From contig CM075991.1 in assembly GCA_038087875.1 (NCBI GenBank), forward strand, positions 10,046,001 to 10,110,000: a stretch of DNA of 64,000 nt. The letters run 5' to 3'. A program made the translations under genes and the position numbers. Positions 51,301 through 61,229 of the stretch are shown here, in pieces (positions within the stretch are counted from its first letter, which is position 1; every line of letters begins with the position of its first letter). The notes beneath the pieces were generated by a model. The model made no database searches. It worked only from the letters and a program-made list of their open reading frames with translations, and was not told the DNA's origin. Origin of the DNA: Malacoraja senta (taxonomy: Eukaryota).

Positions 51301-54300
51301 ATTTGATACACCTTGTTTTGGTTTGAAATTATTACATGCATTTCTGTATTTTGCAAAGGAAAACATTGGGTAACAAGAAAACTGTCGCCTACTAACCTTC
51401 CATAAGCAATTTCTAAACCATTCAGCAAATGGTGTGTGTTGAATTTATTTCCCAGCATGCCCTTCATCCCCTTGACCTACAAGCAGCCATGTTACTTTGT
51501 TACAGAAGGCCAGAGGCTGCACTAAAGTTATGGGGGGTCATGTGGGCGGCACAGTGGCGCAGCGGTAGAGTTGCTACCCTACAGCGCCAGAGACCCGGGT
51601 TCGATCCTGAACGTTTGTAGTTTGTACGTTCTCCCCCTGACCTGCGTGGGTTTTCTCCGGGTGCTCCGGTTCCCTCCCACACTCCAAAGACGTACAGGTT
51701 TGTAGGCTAGTTGGCATGGTATAAATGTAAAATTGTCCCTGGTGTGTGTAGGATAATGTTATTGTGCGGGGATCGCTGGTCAGCACGGACTAGGAGGGTC
51801 GAAGGGCCTGTTGCCATGCTGTATCTCTAAACTAATTCACACTGCAGTTTCCTCGAGCTGGCTTGGCTGAGACAGGGGCTTGGGAGTGTGTTGTTGCTTG
51901 CATGAAGTGTTTGTAAGAATCAGTGCAGAGATTGAGCCTGCCTGCCGTGTCAGTCCTTGTTCCAGCCGCAGAGCAGCTACTACCAGACGCTGGCCAAGCA
52001 GTGCGTGCAGCAAGGCTGCTGTGTGGACCTCTTCCTCTTCTCCGACCAGCACGTGGACATGTCCTCCCTGCTTCTGGTGACCTTCAAGACCGGAGGAAAC
52101 CTCTACAACTACAGCAACTTCAAGGTTACACCTTTCTTAATCAGACAGCCTCCGCTCGATCTAAGGTCTATTCGATCTAAGTCGATCTAAACTTACAAAA
52201 TTCTTAAGGGGTTGGACAGGCTAGATGCAGGAAGATTGTTCCCGATGTTGGGGAAGTCCAGAACAAGGGGTCATAGTTTAAGGATAAGGGGGAAGTCTTT
52301 TAGGACCGAGATGAGAAAAAAAAATTCACACAGAGAGTGGTGAATCTGTGGAATTCTCTGCCACAGAAGGAAGTTGAGGCCAGTTCATTGGCTATATTTA
52401 AGAGGGAGTTAGATGTGGCCCTTGTGGCTAAAGGGATCAGGGGGTATGGAGAGATGACAGGTACAGGATACCGAGTTGAATGATCAGCCATGATCATATT
52501 GAATGGCGGTGCAGGTCGAAGTGCCGAATAGCCTACTCCTGCACCTATTTTCTATGTTTCTATGTTTCTATCCTGGGTCTGTCTTGGCTCTGTAGCTAGA
52601 ACTCGTTTGATGTGCTTGGCAGGCTCAGGGAGATGCGGAGACGTTCCAGGGAGACATTCAGAGGAACGTGGAGAAGGCGCTGGGGTTCAAGGCTGCCATG
52701 AATGTTCACACAAGGAAAGGTACCTTTCTTGATCTTCTGAGTATTTGTTGTGTCGATGTAACGCTTTCCAGGTGAACTTCCACAATATCTTATCTGATTC
52801 CTTGCATAAAACCCAAAGCTATAGAACCCATTTTCTTCTTCGCTTTTCCTCCTTTGACCAGTTATCAGACACATCCAGGAACTACCATAACCTGAGTCAC
52901 TCTGTACTTGTCAACACAGCGGTCGAGTTGTTGCCTCACAACGCCAGAGACCCGGGTTTGATCCCGACTACGGGTGCTGTCTGTACAGAGTTTGTACGTT
53001 CTCCCTGGGTTTTCTCCGAGATCTTCGGTTTCCTCCCACACTCCAAAGACGTACAGGTTTGTAGGTAAATTGGCTTGATAAATGTAAAAATTGTCCCTAG
53101 TGGGTGTAGGATGGTGTTAATGTGCGGGGATCGCTGGTCGACGCGGGCCCGGTGGGCCGAAGGGCCTGTTTCCCTGCTCTATCTCTGAACTAAACTAAAC
53201 AAGAGGCAGAGGTGAGTTGAATCTTGACACATGGGACTGCAGATGCGGAGTTATAAAAAATGATACAATATAAAGATACTGCCTGACCTGCTGAGTTCCT
53301 CCTTGCAACTTGTACAGTGAATTGAATGTTGTTTTGTTCTGGGCCTAGGTATCAGAGCGACGAGATATTATGGCTCCTTTCACATGAACTCGAGTGAGAT
53401 GGAACTGGCTGCTATTGACAGCGACAAGACTCTGGTGGTGGAGTTCAAACATTATGGGAAACTGCATGAGGAGGATGGTGTGCCCATACAGGTAAATCCT
53501 CTCAACATGGACACAAAATGCTGGAGTCACTCAGTGGGACACAGCAAAATAGGTGCAGGAGTAGGCCATTCGGCCCTTCGAGCCAGCACCATCATGGCTG
53601 ATCATCTAAAATCAGTACCCCGTTCCTGCTTTTTCCCCCATATTCCTTTGATTCCTTTAGCCCTAAGAGCTAAATCTAACTCTCTCTTGAAAACATCAAG
53701 TGAATTGGCCTCCACTGTCTTCTGTGGCAGAGAATTCCACAGATTCACAACTCTGTGGGTGGAAAAGTGTTTCCTCATCTCCTAAATGGCCTACCCCTTA
53801 TTTTTAAACTGTGACCCCTGGCTCTGGACTCCCCCATCATTGGGAACATTTTTCCTGCATCTTGCCTGTCCAATCCTTTAAGAATTTTATATGTTTCTAT
53901 AAGTTTCCCTCTCATCCTTCTAAATTCCAGTGAATACAAGCCCAGACGATCGATTCTTTCATCATATGTCGGTCCCGCCATCCTGGGAATTAACCTGGTG
54001 AACCTATGCTGCACTCCCTCAATAGTAATAATGTCCTTCCTCAAATTTGGAGCCCAAAATTGGACACAATACACCAGGTGCGGTCTCACCTGGGCCCTGT
54101 ACAACAAAACCTGGGTGTACTTGCTCCTAAACTCAAATCCTCTTGCAATAAAGGCAAACATGCCACCAGCTTTCTTCACTGCTTGCTTTACCTGCATGGT
54201 TACTTTCAGTGACTGATGTACAAGCACACCCAGGTCCCGTTGTACCTCCCCTTTTCCTTATCTGACACCATTCAGATAATGATCTGCCTTCCTGTTCTTG

Positions 54301-57300
54301 CCACCAAAGTGGATAACCTCACATGTATCCACATTAGACTGCATCTGCCATGCATCTGCCCACTCACCTAACCTATCCAAGTCACCCTGCAGCCTCATAG
54401 CATCCTCATTGCAGCTCACACTGCCACCCAGCTTTGTGTTATCTGCAAACATGGAGATTTCACATTTAATACCCTCGTCTAAATCGTCAATAGGCAGGCA
54501 GCATCTCTGGATAGAAGGAATGGGTGACGTTTCGGGTCGAGACCCTTCTCAGTCTGAAGAAGGGTCTCGACCCGAAATGTCACCCATTCCTTCTCTCCAG
54601 AGATGCTTCCTGTCCTGCTGAGTTACTCCAGCTTTTTGAGCCCATCTTTGGTTGAAACCAGCATCTGCAGTTCCTTCGTACACTGTGCTGTTCTAGGTTC
54701 ACACCCAGAGCTGACTATCCTTGTTGCTTGCTCCTAGTTTGTGCTCCTCTACACAACAGTCCATGGTCAGCGCAGACTCAGAATCCATAACGTTGCTCTC
54801 AACTGCTCCAGCCAGCTGACTGACACCTTCAGGACATCGCAGGCTGAAACCCTGTTGAACTACTTTGCCAAGTCAGGCGAGTACAACAGCAGACTGGTCA
54901 CACACAGCTGCGGACCAAGCTAGTTCTATATCCAGGATGTGATCACTCTGGAGAGGGTGCAGAGGGTTAACATATGATGAGCGTTAGATGGCTCTGGGCC
55001 TGTACTCGCTGGAGTTTAGAAGGATGAGGGGGACCTCGGTGCACGTGACAATAAACTGAACTGAACTGAGGGCTAACTGAAGGATCCATCTCTCGAGCTT
55101 GTTGCCATTCAATAATATCAGGGCTTATCCCATCAACCCTCCATGCTCCTGAATAGACCCACCAGCTTTCCGTCTCGGCACTGGATATCTACAATAGACA
55201 ATAGGTGCAGGATTAGGCCATTCGGCCCTTCGAGCCAGCACCGCCATTCAATGTGATTATGGCTGATCATCCACAATCAGTACCCCGTTCCTGCCTTCCC
55301 CCCATATCCCCTGACTTCACAATTTTTTAAGAGCCCTATCTAACTCTCTCTTGAAAGCATCCAGAGAATTGGCCTCCACTGCCCTCTGAGGCAGAGAATT
55401 CCACAAACTTTCTCTGGGTGAAAAAGATTTTCGTCATCTCCGTTCTAAATGGCCTACCCCTCATTCTTAAACTGTGGCCCCTGGTTCTGGACTCCCCCAA
55501 CATCTAGCGTGTCCAATCCTTTAATAATCTTATATGTTTCAATAAGATCCCTTCCCATCCTTCTAAATTCCAGTGTATACAAGCCCAGTCGCTCCATTCT
55601 ATCAACATATGACAGTCCTGCCATCCTGGGAATTAACCTGGTGAACCTACACTGCACTCCCTCAATAGCAAGAATGTCCTTAGTCCTCTATTACTTTACA
55701 ATGATGTAGTTGAAGGAGTGCTTGGTTGTACAAGGCCAGAGGGAATACTTCTCTACGTGGCTGGCATTTTTACCAGTGACTGTGATACTGACTCAGTGTG
55801 TGTCTCTGTCTTGGCCAGCTTACCACAGGGTGCTTAGTCTTTCCAGCAAGACAGTGCGGGACGAGCTGGTGAACCAGGTGACCCGGATGTTGGCCTGCTA
55901 CCGAAAGCACTGTGCCCAAGCTTCAGCCCACGCGGGCCAGGTGAGACGTGGGTGGGCGACCATTTGATGCCCCCCTTGGCATGAGGTAGTGCGGATCATC
56001 TGGGTTTCTCTCCACTGCCATGGGTGGCGATGGAAGGGCCAGTGATTGGGATCCAAGATCATTGCAGTTGAAGTAATTGGTTCATCACATCACAGGTCAT
56101 TAATCATAAGGTCATGAATGATAGGAGAAGTCTACTCCATCAAGTCTACTCCGCCATTCAATCATGGCTGATCTGTCCCTCCCTCTAACCCCATTCTCCT
56201 GCCTTCTCCCCATTACCCCCGATTCACGTACTAATCAAGAATCTATCTATCTCTGCCTTAAAAATATCCATTGACTTGGCCTCCACAGCCTTCTGTGGCA
56301 CAGAATTCCACAGATTCACCACCACCACCACCACCACCCCAGAATCCCCTGTCTGCATTCTGTGGAGCTAATAGAGCTGCTGCCAGATAACTCCAACATC
56401 GCAGGTTCAATCCTGACCACCGGAGCTGTCTGTGTGGAGTTTAGTTTAGTTTAGAGATACAGAGCGGAAACAGGCCCTTCGTCCCACCGAGTCCACACCG
56501 ACCAACGATCCCCGCACATTAACACCACCCTGCACACACTAGGGGCAATTTACATTTTTTACCTGGCCAATTAACCTACATACCTGTAGGTCTTTGGAGT
56601 GCGGGAGGAAATCGAAGATCTCGGAGAAAAGCCACGCAGGTCACGGGGAGAACGTACAAATTCCGCGCAGACAAGCGCCCGTGGTCAGGATCGAACCAGG
56701 GACTCGGGAGCTATAAGGCAGCAACTCTAGCGCTGCCCCACCGTGCCGTCGAAGTAATTGGTTCTTCACATCACAGGTCATTAATCCTCTGTCTGCATTG
56801 TGTGCGCTCAGCGCTGCAGATAATGGAGGTGAACCAAGATCGCAGGTTCAATCCTGACCACCGGTGCTGTCTGTGTGGAGTTGGAAAGTCCAGTCAGGGT
56901 AATTGGCGCCACCTTGTGTTGGAACCAATTCTAACGCTCTGCTCCCCAACAGATGGTGATGCCCCAGTTCTGAAAGTCATGCCTCTGTACCTGAATTGCC
57001 TGCGGAAGAGTAAAGTTCTACTGGAAGGGCCAGATGCCCCCATTGATGAGAGAGCCTACCTCAGGCATGTGGTCATGTCCATGGATATTGCAGACACCAA
57101 TGTCTTCTTCTACCCTCGCCTCTTGCCAATAGTAAGTATCGCCATACACCTTGCCTGCCTTGAACAGAGAGGCTGAAGATAGACGCCACATGCAGGAGTA
57201 ACTCAGCAGGTCAGCCAGCATCTCTGGAGTAAAAGGATGGATGGGTGATCTTTCTGGGTCGGGACCTTCTCCAGACGCGAAACGTCACCCATGCTTTTTG

Positions 57301-60212
57301 CCCAGATTTGCTGCTGAGTTAGTCCTGTACTTTGTGTCTATCTTTGGTATAAACCAGTTCTTTGTTTCTCCATCTTGTACAGCGGCTGGTCAGTGTCACT
57401 TGGTCATTTAACAGTGAATGCACCTATTTTCTATGTTTCTCTCTGTCCACCTCTCTCTGCAGCACGATCTGAATGGGAGCCAGGTGTCGCTGCCTCGTAC
57501 TGCCCGATGCTCACGCAGGTGGCTGTCGGCCAAGGGGTCCTACCTGCTGGAGGATGGACTCAGCTTGCTGCTGTGGATTGGGATGTACACCCCCACTGAG
57601 TGGATCCAGAATGTCTTTGGCGTGCCCTCCTTCAGCGCGGTCGACTGCGGAGTGGTCAGTACCATCTCTTTAGACTTTAGATGCACAGCGCTGGTTCATA
57701 CCAACCAGCGATCCCCGCACACTAACACTATAAAGTAAAGTATCCTTTATTGTCATTCAGACTTTTCAGTCTGAACGAACTTTCATGCCTTGCAATCATA
57801 ACATAGAATAAAATAACAAAACGCACACTTAACACAAATTTAACATCCACCACAGTGAGTCTACCAGGCACCTCCTCACTGTGATGGAAGGCAAAAGTCT
57901 CAAAGTCCTTGTCTCTTCCCTCCTTGTTCTCCCTCTGCGTTGAGGCGATCCAGGCTTCCGATGTTGTGACCCCCGCCAGGTGATGGTAAGTAAGTCCTAC
58001 ACACCAAGGACAATTTACAATTTTACCAAAGCCAATTAAACTACAAACCTGTACGTCTTCAGAGTGTGTGAGGAAAAAACACATGCACGTCACGGGGAGA
58101 ACGTACAAACTCCGCGCAGACATCACCAGTAGTTATAATGGACGCCAGGTCTCTGCCGCTGTGAGGCAGCAACTCTACCGCTGCGCCACCGTGCCGCCCT
58201 GTTCACAAGTGGCTCAACGGACAGGACCTTCCCCCGTTCCTCACCCTCCAAAGACATACAGGTCCGTAGGCTAATTGGCTTGGTAAAAGTGTAACTTGTT
58301 CCTAGTGTGTGGGGTAGTGTTAATGTGCGGGGAGCGCTGGTCGGCAGGCAATTAAGAACTAAAACTTAATTTGGTGTTGGTGCAGTCAATGGTCTTTTGG
58401 GGTGGCAGGGTTGGTTGGGGGATGGAAGGCAGAGCATCGTCAAGGACACATTAGCTTCAGCCGTTCCCCTCGCTGTGTTTCAGGGCTCTCTCCCTGTGCT
58501 GGACAACGCACTCTCCCGGCAAATCCGAAGCGTTATCGCCAGGGTGCGTAAGGAGAGGCCGAGATTCCTCAAGGCAAGTTTTTCGTCAGTCTGACCCGAC
58601 CTGACCCGAAACGTCGCCTATCCTCTATCTCCACAGATGCTGCCTGGCCCGCTGAGTTACTCCAGCACTTTGTGCCTAACTTTGTTACCTGCTCTTGGAT
58701 AGAGGACCATGAGATAGATGTTTAAGAAAGAACTGCAGATGCTGGAAAAATCGAAGGTAGACAAAATTGCTGGAGAAACTCAGCGGGTGAGGCAGCATCT
58801 ATGGAGCGAAGGAATATTGGTAGACTGGAGATGTGGGGGTTGGGGTGGGGGGAGGGGGGAATAGGAGATGTGTTTGGGGGGGGAGGGACAGGTCAGAGGA
58901 GGGAGCAACGGGCACATCAATAGAATCTGCCCATTTCACACATCGCTGTTTGTAGTAATTTGCTTTGTGTAAATTAGTTTCTCCCACCTAATAACTAACT
59001 TCAAAATTACCTTCATCTGTGCACTGCGGGCGGTTCGATTGTATTCCTGTAGAAACCAAGAACTGCAGATGCTGGTTTATACCAAAGATAGATACAAAGT
59101 GCTGGAGTAAAGGGGCTGTCCCACTGTACGAGCAGCTAATCTCCCGAGTTTCCCCTGATTCGAACTCGGAGAATTACGGTAATGGCCGCTCGTAGGTACT
59201 CGGGGTTCTCGTGGACATTTTTCAACATGTTGAAAAATCTTCACGAGCTTACCGCGTTTCCCAAGTACCTGCCGTTAGCGTTACGAGCCGCTAAGAGACG
59301 TCCCCGAGCTCCGACGTACCTGCTACGTACATTCTACGTGCTTACCACGAGTTTGATTTTTTAAAAACTTGGGAGAGCTCTTTAATTACCTCGTACAGTG
59401 GGACAGGTCCTTAACTGAGCGGGTCGGCATGCTGTCTGACCTGCTGAGTTACTCCAGCGACTTGTATCTATTGATTGTATTAATGGATAGTCTTTGACTG
59501 CCTAGTGAGAATAATAAACCAAACTTGGCTATAGTTTGGAAAGGTGAGAGATAATGGAACATTGGAAGGGCAGTTCAGTTTAGTTTATTGTCACGTGTAC
59601 CGAGGTACAGTGAAAAGCATTTGTTGCGTGCTAACCAGTCAGCAGAAAGACAACACATGATTACAATCGAGCCATTGACAGTGTACAGATACATTAAAAA
59701 GGGAATAGCGTTAAGTGCAAGGTAAAGCCAGTAAAGTCCGATCAAGGATAGTCCGAGGGTCACCAATGAGGTAGATAGTAGTTCAGGACTGCTCTCTGGT
59801 TGTGGTAGGATGATTCAGTTGCCTATAACAGCTGGGAAGAAACTGCCCCTGAATCTGGAGGTGTGCGTTTTCACACTTCTGTACCCCTTGCCCGATGGGA
59901 GAGGGGAGAAGAGGGGGTGGCCAAGGTACGACTTGTCCTTGAGGCAGCGTGTGGCAGAGACGATATCAGTCAGGGAGTGGACGAATACACACTTTGAAAC
60001 CTTGCTCCTCAGGCATTAACAGGAGAAGCAGAATCGCCCGGACTAACGCACACTCTCGCTTGCCCTTCCAGTTGCTCATCGTGAAACAGACGGATGATGC
60101 GGAGAGACACTTCCAGCAGTACCTGGTCGAAGACAAGAATCCCAGTGGGGGAGCCTCGTATGCAGACTTCCTCTCTCATATCCACGTCTCCATCCAGCGA
60201 TCCATCCAATAG
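36295..60212 (+). CDS. SEC24C-like: SEC24C/D-family COPII cargo-adaptor subunit (divergent paralog), 21 predicted coding exons, ~914 aa if the frameshift at ~56968 is corrected
   Basis: Zn-finger CEKC...CPFC; trunk domain [11 protein letters not shown] and RVGFLTYN; beta-sandwich GQRRLRIHN; helical domain ACYRKHCA; gelsolin-like YLLEDG; C-terminal LVEDK...ASYADFL. Splice phases are consistent except at one junction. Confidence 0.9.
36502..36765 (+). CDS. SEC24C-like: SEC24-like Pro/Ser/Gln-rich N-terminal exon
   Basis: ttttgcag| acceptor and ACA|gtaagt donor; P/S/Q-rich like Sec24 N-termini. Confidence 0.7.
36924..37070 (+). mobile_element. tRNA-derived SINE 5' half
   Basis: A/B boxes present; truncated. 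Confidence 0.8.
38143..38231 (+). CDS. SEC24C-like: SEC24-like N-terminal exon
   Basis: Polypyrimidine tract plus cag| acceptor, CCT|gtaagt donor; phases 1/0. Confidence 0.7.
39378..39443 (+). CDS. SEC24C-like: SEC24-like exon (...MNLDLIPNP)
   Basis: Matches the recalled 'LDPDAIPSP' of SEC24C; CCG|gtaagt donor; the aag acceptor is less certain. Confidence 0.7.
40806..40917 (+). CDS. SEC24C-like: SEC24-like exon (VQVAEND...[18 protein letters not shown])
   Basis: Family motif; canonical splice sites. Confidence 0.92.
41046..41722 (+). mobile_element. CpG-rich non-autonomous retroelement with internal ~121-bp tandem duplication
   Basis: Interrupts the Rex1 3' end (compare the uninterrupted copy at ~45950-46060); its 3' part recurs inverted at ~57735-57990. 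Confidence 0.7.
41723..42090 (-). mobile_element. Rex1/Babar-type LINE 3' fragment; its 3' end continues at ~40970-41045
   Basis: [17 protein letters not shown]...[10 protein letters not shown]; (attc)n tail on the element strand. Confidence 0.75.
42644..42771 (+). CDS. SEC24C-like: SEC24-like exon ([11 protein letters not shown]...[10 protein letters not shown])
   Basis: Family motif; canonical splice sites. Confidence 0.93.
42857..43172. mobile_element. Harbinger/PIF-type MITE (family A)
   Basis: ~45-bp imperfect TIR gggctgtcccactgtacgagctaattcaagag; second copy at 59111-59411. Confidence 0.8.
43735..44400 (-). mobile_element. CR1-type LINE 3' fragment
   Basis: [10 protein letters not shown]...[10 protein letters not shown]. 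Confidence 0.9.
44780..44918 (+). CDS. SEC24C-like: SEC24-like zinc-finger exon
   Basis: CEKCAAYMC...FQCPFC. Confidence 0.93.
45079..45590. mobile_element. Harbinger/PIF-type MITE (family B) with TTA TSD
   Basis: TIR gggctgtcccactt.../...aagtgggacaggccc; TTA on both sides. Confidence 0.85.
45742..45857 (+). CDS. SEC24C-like: SEC24-like exon ([11 protein letters not shown])
   Basis: Family motif; canonical splice sites. Confidence 0.93.
46888..47012 (+). CDS. SEC24C-like: SEC24-like trunk exon ([15 protein letters not shown])
   Basis: Family motif; phases 0/2. Confidence 0.93.
47905..48190 (-). mobile_element. tRNA-derived SINE (HE1-like)
   Basis: Reverse complement of the family pattern. 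Confidence 0.85.
48337..48528 (+). CDS. SEC24C-like: SEC24-like trunk exon ([25 protein letters not shown])
   Basis: Family motif; phases 2/2. Confidence 0.93.
48598..48900 (+). mobile_element. tRNA-derived SINE (HE1-like), full length
   Basis: Box A ggtggcgcagcagt, box B ggttcgatcc, (aaact)n tail. Confidence 0.88.
49050..49143 (+). CDS. SEC24C-like: SEC24-like exon ([11 protein letters not shown]...IQAGLEALK)
   Basis: Family motif; phases 2/0. Confidence 0.92.
49205..49485 (+). mobile_element. tRNA-derived SINE (HE1-like)
   Basis: Same A/B boxes and tail. Confidence 0.85.
50460..50558 (+). CDS. SEC24C-like: SEC24-like exon ([16 protein letters not shown])
   Basis: Family motif; canonical splice sites. 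Confidence 0.92.
50809..50937 (+). mobile_element. Same ribozyme-headed retroposon (copy 2, 5'-truncated), inserted in a SINE
   Basis: 21-nt TSD gtctttggagtgtgggaggaa at 50788-50808 and 50938-50958; (GAA)4 tail. Confidence 0.85.
51544..51835 (+). mobile_element. tRNA-derived SINE (HE1-like)
   Basis: Same A/B boxes and tail. Confidence 0.85.
51954..52124 (+). CDS. SEC24C-like: SEC24-like exon (LFQPQ...GCCVDLFLF...TGG)
   Basis: Family motif; phases 0/0. Confidence 0.92.
52190..52570 (+). mobile_element. CR1-type LINE 3' fragment, near-identical to 18295-18662
   Basis: Direct sequence match; (ttctatgt)n tail. Confidence 0.9.
52623..52719 (+). CDS. SEC24C-like: SEC24-like exon (...[14 protein letters not shown])
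   Basis: Aligns to the recalled 'VGFDAVMRVRTSTG'; phases 0/1. Confidence 0.88.
52914..53180 (+). mobile_element. tRNA-derived SINE (HE1-like)
   Basis: Same family body and tail. Confidence 0.85.
53349..53491 (+). CDS. SEC24C-like: SEC24-like beta-sandwich exon ([17 protein letters not shown])
   Basis: Family motif; phases 1/0. Confidence 0.92.
53545..54490 (-). mobile_element. CR1-type LINE fragment, frameshifted
   Basis: FADNTKLGG and [13 protein letters not shown] translations. Confidence 0.9.
54738..54876 (+). CDS. SEC24C-like: SEC24-like exon ([16 protein letters not shown]), GC donor
   Basis: Family motif; donor CAG|gcgagt. Confidence 0.9.
55190..55680 (-). mobile_element. CR1-type LINE 3' fragment
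   Basis: [14 protein letters not shown]...; (ctattgt)n-type tail on the element strand. Confidence 0.85.
55819..55940 (+). CDS. SEC24C-like: SEC24-like helical-domain exon (LACYRKHCA...AGQ)
   Basis: Family motif; CAG|gtgaga donor. Confidence 0.92.
56441..56748 (-). mobile_element. tRNA-derived SINE (HE1-like)
   Basis: Reverse complement of the family pattern. Confidence 0.85.
56953..57131 (+). CDS. SEC24C-like: SEC24-like exon ([19 protein letters not shown]...FFYPRLLPI) with apparent 1-nt deletion near 56968
   Basis: Family motif; the exon is 179 nt between two phase-0 junctions. Confidence 0.85.
57463..57654 (+). CDS. SEC24C-like: SEC24-like gelsolin-like exon ([14 protein letters not shown])
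   Basis: Family motif; phases 0/0. Confidence 0.92.
58484..58573 (+). CDS. SEC24C-like: SEC24-like exon (LPVLDNALS...RFLK), GC donor
   Basis: Family motif; donor AAG|gcaagt. Confidence 0.9.
59111..59411. mobile_element. Harbinger/PIF-type MITE (family A) with TAA TSD
   Basis: Inserted at ggagTAA|ctgagc of a Penelope-derived repeat; TAA duplicated. Confidence 0.85.
59575..59940 (-). mobile_element. Rex1/Babar-type LINE 3' fragment (related fragment at ~1465-1670)
   Basis: [24 protein letters not shown] translation; (aaact)n tail. Confidence 0.75.
60072..60212 (+). CDS. SEC24C-like: SEC24-like last exon (LLIVKQ...LVEDK...ASYADFL...)
   Basis: Family C-terminal motif; TAG stop. Confidence 0.92.
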   Translation: MLIVKQTDDAERHFQQYLVEDKNPSGGASYADFLSHIHVSIQRSIQ

Positions 60213-60306
60213 TCTAGCCCCCCCCCACCCCCCCACCGCAGCCCCGCATCCTCTCTTGCCCCCTTTAAAAAAAAAATCAAAAATAATTTATTCAATTGTT
60301 ATAAAA

Positions 60307-60312
60307 AATAAA
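60307..60312 (+). terminator. Candidate polyadenylation signal of the SEC24-like gene
   Basis: AATAAA ~95 nt after the stop, followed by GT-rich sequence. Confidence 0.55.
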
Positions 60313-60316
60313 CTAT

Positions 60317-60545
60317 GTGTACGTGGCTGTACATGGTGTGTACGTGGTGTGTACGTGGTGTGTACATGGTGTGTACGTGGTGTGTACGTGGTGTGTACGT
60401 GGCTGTACGTGGTGTGTACGTGGTGTGTACGTGGTGTGTACGTGGTGTGTACATGGTGTGTACGTGGTGTGTACGTGGTGTGTACGTGGTGTGTACGTGG
60501 TGTGTACGTGGTGTGTACGTGGTGTGTACGTGGTGTGTACATGCG
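60317..60545. repeat. 11-bp tandem repeat (gtggtgtgtac)n
   Basis: ~20 tandem copies. Confidence 0.95.
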
Positions 60546-60704
60546 TACGTGTGCATGCATATAAATGCCAGCACTTTCACGTGTGTATGTACTGTGTGTA
60601 TGTTTACATGGCTTTACATGCATGTGTCCACATCTGTGTACATGCGCGTGTGTATTTGTGCACGTACGTGCGAGTATCTTCACGTGAGCACAGGAGAGCA
60701 CCAG

Positions 60705-60945
60705 TAATTAGGGAATTAGACACCAGTGAATGGGCAATTAGGGTAGGGCACTAGTAAATGGCCATTTAGTGTAGGGCACTAGTAAATGGGCATTTAGGGT
60801 AGGGCACTAGTAAATAGGCATTAGGGTAGGGCACTAGTAAATGGCCATTTAGCTAGGGCACTAGTAAATGGGCATTTAGTGTAGGGCACTAGTAAATGGG
60901 CATTTAGGGTAGGGCACTAGTAAACTAGGCATTAGAGTAGGGCTG
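60705..60945. repeat. ~28-bp tandem repeat (tagggcactagtaaatgggcatttaggg)n
   Basis: ~8 degenerate copies. Confidence 0.9.
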
Positions 60946-61229
60946 GGAGAAAGTGAGTGGGTTTCCTCCGGGTGCTCCGGTTTCCACACAATAGTGCTTT
61001 TATTGTCAAATGTGCAAAGTGAAAATGTGTGAAAAGAAGTGAGCGTTTGTAGGATAATTGGCCTCTATAAATTGCCCCTAATGTGTCGGGAGTGGATGAG
61101 AAAGTGGACTAACATGGAACTAGTGTGAGCGGGTGATGGCTGGTTGGCGTGGACTTGGTGGTACAAAGGGCCTGCTTCCAAGCTGTAGTTCTAAACTCTA
61201 AGAAGGCAGATCCAGGCTGTCTGGTTCCA

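Noticed and set aside
60094..60754. Several overlapping ORFs with CTWCVRGVYV repeats
   Set aside because: Artefacts of the stop-free 11-bp tandem repeat.
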